Of a stretch of 64,000 nucleotides of DNA, positions 40,889 to 51,106 are shown in pieces. The stretch's first letter is position 1. Each line of letters opens with the position of its first letter. Source of the stretch: Chlorobiota bacterium. Its GTDB lineage: Bacteria; Bacteroidota; Ignavibacteria; OLB7. The position numbers and the translations under genes are program-made. The stretch lies in assembly GCA_016710285.1 (NCBI GenBank), contig JADJXR010000001.1, forward strand, positions 3,573,232 to 3,637,231. The letters are read 5' to 3'. The notes below the pieces were generated by a model. That model was given only the letters and a program-made list of their open reading frames with translations. It was not told the origin of the DNA and ran no database searches.

Positions 40889-41041
40889 GTTTGATGAAAT
40901 TCCCTTCCCCGTTTGTACGGCGTGGGGAAAGGGTACTATCTTCGGCCTGTTCGCTTCCGGCCAAGCATGACCGTTGCTGTCGGTTTGGCAATGCTGGTGC
41001 GTTGTTTGTTTCACTAACAGGGGGAGGTTTCCCTATCCTTC

Positions 41042-42403
41042 ATGGATGATCCGTTTATAGGACTACTCATTACGTTGCTGTTGGTTCTTGCCAACGCATT
41101 CTTTGTGGCTGCCGAGTTCGCTATCGTGAAAGTGCGGGCTTCGCAGATAGAGTTGAAAGTGCAGTCCGGCAGCAAAGTTGCCAAAATGGCGCAACGCCTG
41201 CTGGCGCATCTGGACGAATACCTTTCGGCCACCCAGCTTGGAATCACCCTTACCTCGCTTGGGCTTGGTTGGGTTGGCGAACCCGTTGTCAGCAAGCTGA
41301 TTATTGGTTTCTCGGCACTTGTTGGTTTCGAGCCAAACCCAGAGCTTGCTCATAAAATCGCCCTTCCGGTTGCGTTCCTTGCCATCACGTTCCTCCATAT
41401 TGTCTTTGGCGAGCTTGCGCCAAAATCGCTGGCGATCCAACGCCCAGAGCAGACCACGCTGGCCATTGCCTACCCACTCCGCGTCTTCTACATCCTTCTG
41501 AAGCCGGCCATCAAAGCCTTGAACGGAACGGCCAACTTGCTCCTTCGGCTGATCGGTATCCAACCCGCGAACGAGTCGGGCCATTACCACAGTGGCGAGG
41601 AGCTTCGGCTGCTGCTGGAGCAAGGGAAGGAAGGGGGAGCATTGGAGGAAAGCGAGCACGAGCTGATTGAAAACGTCTTTGAATTCCGCGAGAAAATCAT
41701 CCGCGAGGTGATGGTCCCCCGCGTGAACATCGCCGCCATTAACATCGAGGCTCCGCAGGATGAGATCATCAAGTTTGTGCTGGAGGAAGGCTACACCCGA
41801 ATGCCGGTCTATGAAGGCTCCATTGATAACATCATCGGCATCATCTACTCCAAGGACCTGATTACCCTGATGGAGCACAGCAACTTGATTATCCTGCAAG
41901 ACTTGCTCCGCCCCCCATACTTCGTTCCCGACACCAAGCCGATTTACGAACTGCTGCGCGAGTTCCAGCGGAAAAAAATCCAGCTTGCAGTGGTGATGGA
42001 TGAGTTTGCCGGAACCGCGGGGCTGGTGACGATGGAGGATATTTTGGAGGAGCTTGTTGGCGAAATCCAAGATGAGTATGATGAAGAAGCCACCGGCGTG
42101 GAACCGATTGGCGACGGCGAGTATATGGTGATGGCCGGCATGACCATCAGCGATGTGAACGAACACATTGACGGATTTTTGCTGCCGGAAGGGGAGGACT
42201 ACACCACCATTGGCGGGTTGGTGAACAAGTGGTTCGGCCATATCCCGCAGGAGAACGAATCGTTCGAGCGGGACGCGGTTCGGATGACGATCGTGAAAAC
42301 CCACAACCGCCGCGTGGTCCAAGTGAAAATCCAGGACCTTAACCGCGACAGCCGCGTCAACGGCCTTAACGCATTCCCGCTACCAACACCGGAAGAAGAA
42401 TAG
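41042..42403 (+). CDS. HlyC/CorC (CNNM) family transporter: DUF21 + CBS pair + CorC_HlyC
   Basis: N-terminal DUF21 TM domain (AAEFAIVKVR), two CBS domains (REVMVPRVNI..., IGIIYSKDL), and the C-terminal transporter-associated domain. Confidence 0.8.
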   Translation: MDDPFIGLLITLLLVLANAFFVAAEFAIVKVRASQIELKVQSGSKVAKMAQRLLAHLDEYLSATQLGITLTSLGLGWVGEPVVSKLIIGFSALVGFEPNPELAHKIALPVAFLAITFLHIVFGELAPKSLAIQRPEQTTLAIAYPLRVFYILLKPAIKALNGTANLLLRLIGIQPANESGHYHSGEELRLLLEQGKEGGALEESEHELIENVFEFREKIIREVMVPRVNIAAINIEAPQDEIIKFVLEEGYTRMPVYEGSIDNIIGIIYSKDLITLMEHSNLIILQDLLRPPYFVPDTKPIYELLREFQRKKIQLAVVMDEFAGTAGLVTMEDILEELVGEIQDEYDEEATGVEPIGDGEYMVMAGMTISDVNEHIDGFLLPEGEDYTTIGGLVNKWFGHIPQENESFERDAVRMTIVKTHNRRVVQVKIQDLNRDSRVNGLNAFPLPTPEEE

Positions 42404-42447
42404 AGCATCCGCGTGCGCCCGCTTGGTATCAGCTTTCAATAAATCCC

Positions 42448-44637
42448 ATGTCCTTATTCCAACGAACCCTTGTCACCAGCGCGCTTCCGTATGCCAATGG
42501 GTATATCCATCTTGGCCACGTTGCCGGCGCGTATCTCCCTGCCGACATCTACACCCGATTCCTTCGCGCAACGGGCCAGGAAGTGATCCATATTTCAGGA
42601 TCGGATGAGCACGGCGTGGCCATTATGATCTCCGCCGAGGAAGAGAAATCCACCCCGCAGGCGATTGTTGATAAATACCACACCGCCAACGCCGCTGCGT
42701 TTGCCGGGCTTGGAATTGCCTTCGATATGTACGGGCGCACAACATGGCCCGAACACCACCAATCCGCCCAGGAATTCTTCCTTGCCTTGCACCAGCAAGG
42801 CTACCTTGTTGAGAAGGAGGAGGAGCAGTTCTATGACCCCGAAGCCGCCATGTTCCTTCCGGACCGCTATGTGGAGGGGACCTGCCCGGTGTGTGGCGCG
42901 TTGGGCGCACGTGGCGACCAGTGCGACAACTGCTCCAGCACCTACAACCAAACCGAACTGAAGAACCCCATCAGCAAGCTCACCGGAAAAACGCCGGAGC
43001 TGCGGACCACCCGCCATTTCTACTTTTCGCTTGGCAAGTTCCAGCAGCGGCTTGAGGAATACGTGGAGGGCCACAGCCACGACTGGCGGGATCACGTCCT
43101 GCAGCAGTCGCGAAGCTGGCTGAAGCAGGGGCTGGGGGACCGCGCCATTACCCGCGACCTCTCCTGGGGCATTGACGTCCCGCTGGCGGGCTACGACGGC
43201 AAGAAACTCTACGTCTGGTTCGATGCCCCGTTCGGCTATATCACCAACACCAAAGTGCTGATGGAATCGCGTGGCGATGCCAATGGATGGCGGCGGTGGT
43301 GGCAATCCCCCGACACCCGCTACGTTGCCTTCATCGGCAAGGACAACATCTGGTTCCACACCCTGATGTTCCCGGCAATGCTGATGGGCTGGAACGACCA
43401 ACAACGGGAGCAGTATATCCTGCCGAACAACGTCCCGGCCTGCAATTTCCTGAACCTTGAGGGGAACAAGTTCAGCAAGTCGCGGAAATGGGGGATTGAC
43501 TTGCAAGATTATCTGGCCCAATTCCCCGCCGATCCGCTTCGGTACACACTGGCGGCCAACCTGCCGGAAAACAAGGATGCTGACTTCACGTGGCGCGAGT
43601 ACCAAGCCCGCACCAACAACGAGCTTGCCGACATCCTTGGCAACTTCGTCAACCGGACGTTGCAGTTTTCGGCGCGCTATTTCGACGGCGCGGTCCCGCC
43701 ACTTTCGCCCGACTCGGCAAAAGAGGAAAGCCTTCTATCGCTTCTGAACGAGGACCTTCGCCGGATTGCTGCCGATGGCCGCACCGATGAGGAAGCAATC
43801 GAAGAGCTTTCCACGAAATATCTGAACTACCTTACCCGCAACGATGCCGTGATGCTGGTGGCGCTGGCCCGTGCACCGCACCGAATTGCCGATCTCTATT
43901 CCGCATTCCGTTTCCGCGATGCGGCCCTGGAGACGATGAACGTTGCCCGCGCCGCCAACAAATATTTCAACGACTCGGAGCCGTGGAAAACCCGCAAGGA
44001 TAACCCCGAACGCTGCGCAACCTCGCTGAATATCTGCTTGCAAGTGGTGCGCTCGCTGGCGGTGTTGTTCCGGCCAATCATCCCGTTTACTTCCGACCAA
44101 ATTTTTGGGCTGCTGAATGTGCCGCCAACCGAAAACGACTGGTATTCGGCGGGGACGCTGGCAATCCCCACCACTGCCCCCCTTGCCGAGCCGGTGATCC
44201 TGTTCAGCAAAGTGGAGGATGCGGTGGTGGAAGCGCAAGTGGCCAAGCTGGGCGCCGCCGCCGAGTCATCGGGGGAGAAGCAGCCGATCCATGTTGAGCT
44301 GAAGCCAGAGGTCACGATTGAGGATGTGATGAAGCTGGACCTTCGGGTGGCAACGGTGCTGGCGGCCGAGCGGGTGAAGAAATCGGAGAAGCTGCTGAAG
44401 TTGCAGATCAGGATTGGCGACCTTCAGCGGCAAATTTTGGCGGGGATTGGGAAGGTCTATCAGCCGGAGGAATTGGTGGGGAAGAAGATTGTGGTGGTGG
44501 CAAACCTGAAGCCGGCCAAGCTGATGGGCCAGGAGTCGCAAGGGATGCTGTTCGCGGCAAACTCCCCCGACGACGTTCCCACCATCGTCACGGTGCTAAA
44601 TCCCGATGACGTAGATGATGGGTTCATCGTCCGGTAA
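42448..44637 (+). CDS. metG: Methionine--tRNA ligase with C-terminal tRNA-binding (EMAP-like) domain
   Basis: HIGH motif (YANGYIHLGH), Zn knuckle CPVCG...CDNC, KMSKS variant KFSKS, and a C-terminal Myf domain. Confidence 0.95.
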   Translation: MSLFQRTLVTSALPYANGYIHLGHVAGAYLPADIYTRFLRATGQEVIHISGSDEHGVAIMISAEEEKSTPQAIVDKYHTANAAAFAGLGIAFDMYGRTTWPEHHQSAQEFFLALHQQGYLVEKEEEQFYDPEAAMFLPDRYVEGTCPVCGALGARGDQCDNCSSTYNQTELKNPISKLTGKTPELRTTRHFYFSLGKFQQRLEEYVEGHSHDWRDHVLQQSRSWLKQGLGDRAITRDLSWGIDVPLAGYDGKKLYVWFDAPFGYITNTKVLMESRGDANGWRRWWQSPDTRYVAFIGKDNIWFHTLMFPAMLMGWNDQQREQYILPNNVPACNFLNLEGNKFSKSRKWGIDLQDYLAQFPADPLRYTLAANLPENKDADFTWREYQARTNNELADILGNFVNRTLQFSARYFDGAVPPLSPDSAKEESLLSLLNEDLRRIAADGRTDEEAIEELSTKYLNYLTRNDAVMLVALARAPHRIADLYSAFRFRDAALETMNVARAANKYFNDSEPWKTRKDNPERCATSLNICLQVVRSLAVLFRPIIPFTSDQIFGLLNVPPTENDWYSAGTLAIPTTAPLAEPVILFSKVEDAVVEAQVAKLGAAAESSGEKQPIHVELKPEVTIEDVMKLDLRVATVLAAERVKKSEKLLKLQIRIGDLQRQILAGIGKVYQPEELVGKKIVVVANLKPAKLMGQESQGMLFAANSPDDVPTIVTVLNPDDVDDGFIVR

Positions 44638-44729
44638 GTTGCGGGTGGTGGAATCCATCGGTTTGTTGCGTAGATTCGGCCGCTGAAAATCTTGGAAAGA
44701 AGCAGTTGAACACAGCACGGAACCCACGC

Positions 44730-44981
44730 ATGGCACAGCAACAACGCCGCATCGCAAGCCTTACGCTCCGCTCGCTCCTGACGGAAAACGCCCCGTTACG
44801 CGGGCTTTCGGCCAGGGTGATTGGGCAACTTGTTCGGTACTACGGTAACTGGCGGCACTCCCGCGACTTAATCAGCAACCTTGATGAGTTCGGCAGCGCA
44901 GTGCCGCCGGCTTCCCGGAAAAACGGCGGCGGTGGTGCCTCGCCGTACTTCCCCACGCTCCGTTCCTTCCATGCTCGCTGA
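44730..44981 (+). CDS. Small hypothetical ORF in the metG-lysC intergenic region (may be non-coding leader)
   Basis: ORF only. No domain and no convincing riboswitch signature seen. Confidence 0.15.
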   Translation: MAQQQRRIASLTLRSLLTENAPLRGLSARVIGQLVRYYGNWRHSRDLISNLDEFGSAVPPASRKNGGGGASPYFPTLRSFHAR

Positions 44982-45020
44982 CCGAAATCTCCATCATCCA
45001 TCCATGCCATCCTGCGTGCC

Positions 45021-46418
45021 ATGATCGTCGCAAAATTTGGCGGGGCGGTGCTTGACGGCGCGCCCGGCGTGCTGCGGGCGTGCTCCACTATCTGCTCCCT
45101 TCCTTCGCCGCAACTGGTGGTGGTTAGTGCGTTTGCCAAGGTCACCAACTGGCTGGAGCAGATTGCCCACCGCGCCACCGAGGACTCCGCCGAAGCCTTC
45201 CGGCTGCTGCAATCGCTGCTGAAGCATTACGAAGGAATCGCCGCCCAGCTTCTTCCCGAGCCTGCCTACTCCGCTTGGCTGAATCACGTTATCCCGTGGG
45301 CTTCCCGTTTGGATGAAATCATCCAGGGGCTTTCCATTGTTCGCGAGCTTTCCCCGCGCACGTTGGACATGGTGGTCCATTATGGCGAACGCTATTCTTC
45401 CTCCATCGTGGCCGCCGCGTTGCAGCTGCAGGCGGACGTTCCGGTGATCCCGATTTCCGCGCTGGAGCTTATCATCACCGATGAGGCCCACCGCTACGCC
45501 CGCCCCCACATTGACCTGACGCGGGAACGGGTGGAGGCCCTGCTGAAGGAGTACCGGGGGAAGCAGGTGATACTGCTGACCGAAGGCTATATCGCCCGCG
45601 CCACCAGCGGACAGGTGACGACCATGGGGCGCGAAAGCTCCTCCTACACCGCCACGCTTCTGGGGGAATTGCTTGGGGCCGATGAGGTCCGAATCTACAC
45701 CGACGTTCCTGGCGTGATGACTGCCGACCCGGCAATCGTTCCCGGCGCGATGACCATCCCCAGCATGAGTTACGAAATGGCCAACACCCTTGCCGAGCTT
45801 GGGGCGAAGGTTCTTCACCCACGCACGGTTGCGCCGGTTGAGCGCGCAAGAATTCCGCTGGTGATTACCAGCTTCCAGCAAGGGGAAACCGTGATCGCTT
45901 CCCAACAGCAGAACCCGACCACGGCGGGAACTCATCCGGTAGAAACTCAATCAGCAGAAACCTACTCGGTGGCATTGCTCCCCGAAGCCACAGTAATCAC
46001 CATCGAGACCGAGCTTGCCAACGCCCAGCTTGACCCTTTCTGCCACGCGCTTTCTGCGGAGGTTCCGTTGCTGTGGCGGCATCACTTCCGCCGGAAGCAT
46101 ACGCTGGTGACGGCCCGGCCAATCGAACCAACCATGCGGTTGCCGTTGGAGTTGCTTCCGGAATCTACCCGTGTGGAAGTCCAGGAAGCGGCCGTTGTTT
46201 CGCTGGTTGGCCAGCATTCCATTGCTCCATCCCAGATGGAGTCGTTGTTCGGCATCATGGCGGCCCTGCCGGTGTTGGCGTTGCAAGGTGGGGTGGATTC
46301 CCGGGCGTTCAGCGTGGCGATTCCGCGCGAACGGGCATCGGCGATTGTGGGGCGGCTTCACGCGCTGATTACGGGAATTCCGCAGCAACCGCTGCACCAT
46401 GAAGTTTTTGTTCGGTGA
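45021..46418 (+). CDS. lysC: Aspartate kinase
   Basis: Classic MIVAKFGGAVL start, amino-acid-kinase fold and C-terminal ACT-like region. Confidence 0.85.
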   Translation: MIVAKFGGAVLDGAPGVLRACSTICSLPSPQLVVVSAFAKVTNWLEQIAHRATEDSAEAFRLLQSLLKHYEGIAAQLLPEPAYSAWLNHVIPWASRLDEIIQGLSIVRELSPRTLDMVVHYGERYSSSIVAAALQLQADVPVIPISALELIITDEAHRYARPHIDLTRERVEALLKEYRGKQVILLTEGYIARATSGQVTTMGRESSSYTATLLGELLGADEVRIYTDVPGVMTADPAIVPGAMTIPSMSYEMANTLAELGAKVLHPRTVAPVERARIPLVITSFQQGETVIASQQQNPTTAGTHPVETQSAETYSVALLPEATVITIETELANAQLDPFCHALSAEVPLLWRHHFRRKHTLVTARPIEPTMRLPLELLPESTRVEVQEAAVVSLVGQHSIAPSQMESLFGIMAALPVLALQGGVDSRAFSVAIPRERASAIVGRLHALITGIPQQPLHHEVFVR

Positions 46419-48357
46419 TGCTTCCATGCGCCTTGCTCCATCCATCTTCCTTGCCTTCGCGGCGTTGTTGGGATGCAGCGGGGCGGCCATTGGGCAGATT
46501 CCGATGCTTGCCGACACGCTGTTGCGCCCGCAATGGCTGATTGCCCGAACCGAACGCTACGTTGCAACCCATGCCACGTCGCTCTCCCTTGATTATGCCA
46601 TTCGTGACCCGTCCCTTTTGGGCCACTTGCAGGGGCTGTTTGGTTCAACAACCACGCTAACGGCCAGCCGCCCCACCCGCGACCGTCTGGACGCACAGCT
46701 TCAGCTTTCCCTTCCGTTGGGTTCCGCGTTCAGGCCGTACGTTCTTGCCGATGGAGTGATGCTGAACGATGCCGGCAGCACAACAAGCCATATCCCGGGA
46801 TTGAACAACACCAGTGCCGGGTTCCTTGGGGCCGGGTTTCAGCTTAGCGATAGTGCCGCGCTGAACCATCTTGGGGTTGCCGTTGGTGGCGGCTACAACC
46901 GCCAGCTGAACGTCCACCACAACGGGCTTGCTGCGGTGGCCAACGCGGCGGCGGCAATGGACCTTGCCGGATACGCCATCACCCTTACCGGCGATGGACG
47001 CTGGTACAACCTTCAACCCCTGGAAAACCTGAACGCCGCGCTCCTGTTCCGCGCCGCACGCCAGTTCGAGGAACGGGCCGTTGGGGAGCTTGAGCTTCAG
47101 TACGACCTTGCCCGCTCGGACCTCTATCTTCCCCGCGCCGAGGAGGATATTCTGGCCAATGGCGGAGCCAATTATCTGGGATTGGAGCGGCGGCAGGATC
47201 ACCGGCTGGGGGTGGTTGCCCACGTGGAGCTTCCGGTGGTGGACCAGGTTGATCTGGCCATCAGCGGAACCATTGCCCGCCAGGGTTACGGGGTGTTCGA
47301 GCGGGGCAATCTTCCGCTTCCAATCCAGCGCGAGCGGAACCCTTTTTTGGTGGATCGCCGCGATTTCTTGATCGGCATCTCGTCGCGGCTGATCTGGCTG
47401 CCGGAAAACGGAAGGGTGGAGTTGAAGCTGGACTACAACACCGCCGAGCAGGATAACATCGTGGAGGCGGTCGCGCCGGTCAGCGATGTGCTGCTGAAGG
47501 AGAAGCGGGAGACCAACGCGCTGAACGATTTTGTTTCCGAGCAGATATTGGCTTCGGCAATTGCCGAGCATCAGTTTGGCGGCGGGGACACGGTGGGGGT
47601 GGTGGGGTCGGTTGGCATTTATCGCTACAACACCCCGCTGGGAAACCTGCTGGATTACGACGAGCAATCGCTTCATGCCGAGGCGTACTACCGGCATACT
47701 TTCAGCCCATTTCTTCAAGGAGGGGTAACGGTTCAGGCGTTTCTGACCCATCTGGTCTATCTTTCGGGGCGGTTCAGCAGCGATAATTCTTGGAATCGAA
47801 TCTTCCGGTTTGCCCCCTCCGTCCGTTTCCGGCCCAGCAAGGGGGTGCGGAACGATGTGGTGGCCGAGGTCAGCGCAAACTACACCGAGTATGATTTCGA
47901 GGAGCTGTTCCAGGCCGTACGCGGGCGTTCCTTCCGCGAGCTTCGGCTGCGCGACTCCTTAACCGCGCAGATCACCAGCACCTTGTCGCTGTGGGTTTCG
48001 GGGGAGCTTCGGATCTCCGAACGGAGCAGTTTCAGTTGGGCGCAGTTTGCCGAAAGCCCGCTGGAGCGGACGCGGATTGAGGGGGGGGAAGCGGGCCTTG
48101 CAACCGAGCGTTTTTCCGGACTCCAGATTGGAATTGGGGGGAAGTTCTTCCGGGTGAAATCATTCCGAAGCAATCCGCAAAACGTGCTGGAACCGTACTC
48201 CGATCGGGTCTCCTTGGGGCCAACGGTGCGTGTGGTGGCTGGGCTTCCCGCCGGAAGCCGAATCGAGCTTCAGGGGTGGTGGGAACATCAATTCAGCGAC
48301 AGCAAACTAACCGGACGCACGCCTTCGTTGTTTCTGGTTGCCGGACTTCAACTTTAG
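46399..48357 (+). CDS. Hypothetical outer-membrane (beta-rich) protein
   Basis: Signal peptide. Alternating hydrophobic beta pattern throughout. No recognisable domain. Confidence 0.35.
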   Translation: MKFLFGDASMRLAPSIFLAFAALLGCSGAAIGQIPMLADTLLRPQWLIARTERYVATHATSLSLDYAIRDPSLLGHLQGLFGSTTTLTASRPTRDRLDAQLQLSLPLGSAFRPYVLADGVMLNDAGSTTSHIPGLNNTSAGFLGAGFQLSDSAALNHLGVAVGGGYNRQLNVHHNGLAAVANAAAAMDLAGYAITLTGDGRWYNLQPLENLNAALLFRAARQFEERAVGELELQYDLARSDLYLPRAEEDILANGGANYLGLERRQDHRLGVVAHVELPVVDQVDLAISGTIARQGYGVFERGNLPLPIQRERNPFLVDRRDFLIGISSRLIWLPENGRVELKLDYNTAEQDNIVEAVAPVSDVLLKEKRETNALNDFVSEQILASAIAEHQFGGGDTVGVVGSVGIYRYNTPLGNLLDYDEQSLHAEAYYRHTFSPFLQGGVTVQAFLTHLVYLSGRFSSDNSWNRIFRFAPSVRFRPSKGVRNDVVAEVSANYTEYDFEELFQAVRGRSFRELRLRDSLTAQITSTLSLWVSGELRISERSSFSWAQFAESPLERTRIEGGEAGLATERFSGLQIGIGGKFFRVKSFRSNPQNVLEPYSDRVSLGPTVRVVAGLPAGSRIELQGWWEHQFSDSKLTGRTPSLFLVAGLQL

Positions 48358-48796
48358 CAGGGGAATCACACAGGTGAACAACAGCGGAACCATCCTTCTT
48401 CAAAAGCGATTTTTCACCGACAAGGGGGAACTATCGTTGCTTCTGCGCGAGCTTGAGCGGCTGCGCCCGCAGATGCCGCTTAGCAACGACCAGTTCCACA
48501 ACTTGGTGATTGCCATGACCGAAGCGGTCAACAACGCGATTGTTCACGGCAACCAGTTGGACCCCTCCAAATCGGTCTTCTACCAAATCTCCGCAACCGA
48601 GGATGGAGTTTTTTGCACGATTGAAGATGAGGGGGAAGGCTTCACGCTGGAAGACCTTGCCAACCCCATCAGCCCCGAAAATCTGTTGATGGAAAGCGGG
48701 CGCGGGATGTTCATTATCGGCGCGCTGATGCGGGACCTGAAGGCGGTGAAAACCGAGCGCGGGATGCGGGTGGAGTTCCTGTGTGCCGCAGGGTGA
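48338..48796 (+). CDS. RsbW-like anti-sigma regulatory factor / serine-protein kinase (HATPase_c_2)
   Basis: Conserved N-box AVNNAIVHGN and G-box IEDEGEGF...GRGMFII. Confidence 0.55.
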   Translation: MPDFNFSRGITQVNNSGTILLQKRFFTDKGELSLLLRELERLRPQMPLSNDQFHNLVIAMTEAVNNAIVHGNQLDPSKSVFYQISATEDGVFCTIEDEGEGFTLEDLANPISPENLLMESGRGMFIIGALMRDLKAVKTERGMRVEFLCAAG

Positions 48797-48833
48797 GCTT
48801 CCATATCCCACCGCTCCCCGTGGCGCATCAACG

Positions 48834-50188
48834 ATGATGAACTCACCCTCTTCACCTCCTTTTTTGTGGGTTGGCGGCGCGGTCTTGCTTGCACTTGCGC
48901 CGCTTCCATGGTTGGGGGATTTGCGCGCAGAGTTCTGGAGCTATCTGGCCTTGATGCTTCTATCAACGGTGCTGCTTGGGGTTGGCTGCTGGCTGGGCTT
49001 CAGGGGAAGGGGCGGGGACCTTCCGATTCGCCACATTCTGCTGGTTGCCGGGCTGCTTCGCCTGGCCATGCTTCCCATGATGCCTTCCCTTTCCGACGAT
49101 GCCTACCGCTACGTGTGGGATGGGCGGCTGCTTCTTCACGGAGAAAACCCGTACCACGTCACCCCCACGGAAACAGCCTGGAGGGATGAGCTGTTCCAGC
49201 TTCAAGGCTACCCCACCACTCACACGATTTATCCCCCCGCCGCACAGCTTCTGTTTGCCGCCGCCGCTGCCGTTGGTGAATTTTTTGGAGGGGCTTGGCA
49301 ATGGAGTTTCCTTGCTTGGAAGTTGATGGTGATCGCTGCCGATCTGTTGGCGGTGTACTTGCTGCTGCGGCTGCTTCGCGCGCAAGGGGTTCCGCTGGTG
49401 CGGGGGGTGATGTATGCTTGGCATCCGTTGGTGGTGGTGGAGCTTGCGGGCCAGGGCCATACCGACGCGTTGTGGGTGTTGGCAATCGCGCTTGGGCTGT
49501 GGGGGTTCGCTTCCGGGGGGGCGGGGAAGGGGTTGCCGGCGGTGGTGGTTGGGGGCGCGGCGCGGGTGTTTCCGCTTGTTGTTGCTCCGCTTTGGTTCCG
49601 TTTTTTGCCGCGCCGTCAGCTTCTTGTTGCGGTTGCTTGCGCGGCGTGCGGCGCGCTTCTGTTTGCGCCGTTTCTGACCCCGTGTCGGTGGAGAATTATG
49701 TTCGGGTGATGCTCCGGTTCACCAATTACTACGAGTTCAACGGGGGGGCATATCAAGCGGTGAAATGGGTGTTCGATGAACTCCATCTTCAGCCATCGAA
49801 CAGGATAGCGGGGGGGATATTGTTAGGGGTGCAGCTTGCTGCGTTTGGCCTTCTTTGGTTGCTTCCGGTTGCCGAGCGGTCGGTGCGTTCGCTTGCGTGG
49901 CGGATGTTGCTGCTGCTCAGTTTCCAGATCGTGCTTCCGGCAAAGGTCCATGTGTGGTATTTCGTTGCCCCGCTGTTCCTGCTCCCGATAACGTGGGGGC
50001 GCGGGCTGCGTTGGGGGTGGTGGTGGCTTTGCGCCGTTGCCCCGCTGACCTACTTCGCCTACTCTGGCTTGGCGGTTCGCGAGCCAACGTGGCTGCTGGC
50101 CGTTGAGTGGGGCGGCTTCGCGCTGCTGGTGCTGGCCGAACAAATGCGCCGAAGCGCCGGTAGCCGTCCCGACCTGCGTCGGGATTGA
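48834..50188 (+). CDS. GT87/DUF2029-like integral-membrane glycosyltransferase, apparently frameshifted near 49668-49680
   Basis: DDAYRYVWDGRLLLHGENPYHVTP motif in frame with 48834. The C-half (VSVENYVRVMLRFTNYYEFNG...) is in ORF 49295..50188 in another frame. The junction is at the cccc run in ctgaccccgtg. The last 10 codons and the stop lie inside the first repeat unit. Confidence 0.55.
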
Positions 50189-51010
50189 TAAAAGGTCTTT
50201 AGCCTTCGGTGTGTCGTCACTGGGCCCCGATAAAGATCGAGGCCGCTACCCCGACAGAGTCAGGGCTGCTAGCGCAGTGGTAGCCGTCCCGACCTGCGTC
50301 GGGATTGATAAAAGGTCTTTAGCCTTCGGTGTGTCGTCACAGGGCAGGCTAAAGACCTGCCGCTACCCCGACAGAGTCGGGGCTGGCGGTGGAACAGGTA
50401 GCCGTCCCGACATACGTCGGGATTGATAAAAGGTCTTTAGCCTTCGGCGTGTCGTCACAGGGCAGGCTAAAGACCTGCCGCTACCCCGACAGAGTCGGGG
50501 CTGGCGGTGGAACAGGTAGCCGTCCCGACATACGTCGGGATTGATAAAAGGTCTTTAGCCTTCGGCGACTCACTCTTGAGAAAGACAGGGCAGGCTAAAG
50601 ACCTGCCGCTACCCCGACAGAGTCGGGCTGGTGGTGAGACAGGTAGCCGTCCCGACCTGCGTCGGGATTGATGTCAGGCTGGCGATGGAACAGGTAGCCG
50701 AAGGTCTTTAGCCTTCGGCGTGTCGTCACAGGGCAGGCTAAAGACCTGCCGCTACCCCGACAGAGTTGGGCTGGCGATGGAACAGGTAACCGTCCCGACA
50801 TACGTCGGGATTGATAAAAGGTCTTTAGCCTTCGGCGTGTCGTCACTGGGCAGGCTAAAGACCTGTCGCTACCCCGATAGAGTTGGGCTGGCGGTGGAAC
50901 AGGTAGCCGTCCCGACATACGTCGGGATTGATAAAAGGTCTTTAGCCTTCGGCGTCATCCTCGCAAGAAAGACAGGGCAGGCTAAAGACCTGTCGCTACC
51001 CCGACTGGGT
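50160..51010. repeat. Tandem array of about eight copies of a roughly 118-bp GC-rich multi-hairpin repeat
   Basis: Units start at about 50161, 50281, 50399, 50517, 50644 (partial), 50693 (partial), 50786 and 50903. Each carries TCCCGAC-NNNN-GTCGGGA, AGGTCTTTAGCCT...AGGCTAAAGACCT and CCCCGAC-AGA-GTCGGGG palindromes. Confidence 0.85.
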
Positions 51011-51039
51011 TAGAGTAGATCGGCGCACCTGCAAACAAC

Positions 51040-51066
51040 AAGGCCCAGCCAATAATGGCCGGGCCT
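51040..51066 (-). terminator. Terminator-like hairpin for the minus-strand lipoprotein gene
   Basis: AAGGCCCGGCC-ATTATT-GGCTGGGCCTT followed by GUUGUUUG when read on the minus strand. Confidence 0.45.
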
Positions 51067-51106
51067 TTGTTCTAAAAAAAACTTTGCGATGCTGTTGGCT
51101 GCGCAA

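Noticed and set aside
44640-45020. Lysine riboswitch (L-box) leader upstream of lysC
   Set aside because: No recognisable L-box conserved elements in the 380-nt spacer. The small ORF 44730..44981 has no support either, so it is left as a low-confidence ORF.
50160-51010. Possible CRISPR array, given the regular roughly 118-bp spacing of repeats
   Set aside because: Units are long and internally palindromic. The variable segments are only 4-22 nt and recur between units. There are no unique 25-40 nt spacers, no leader and no cas genes. The pattern fits a REP/MITE-like structured repeat.
50103-51013. ORFs reading through the repeat arrays (50103..50426, 50595..50918, 50720..51013; identical 87-aa ORFs 52225..52488 and 52524..52787; 52299..52679 and 52598..52888)
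   Set aside because: They are periodic translations of tandem DNA repeats. They are identical or near-identical by construction, GC-skewed Pro/Arg/Gly-rich, and have no start context. They are artefacts.
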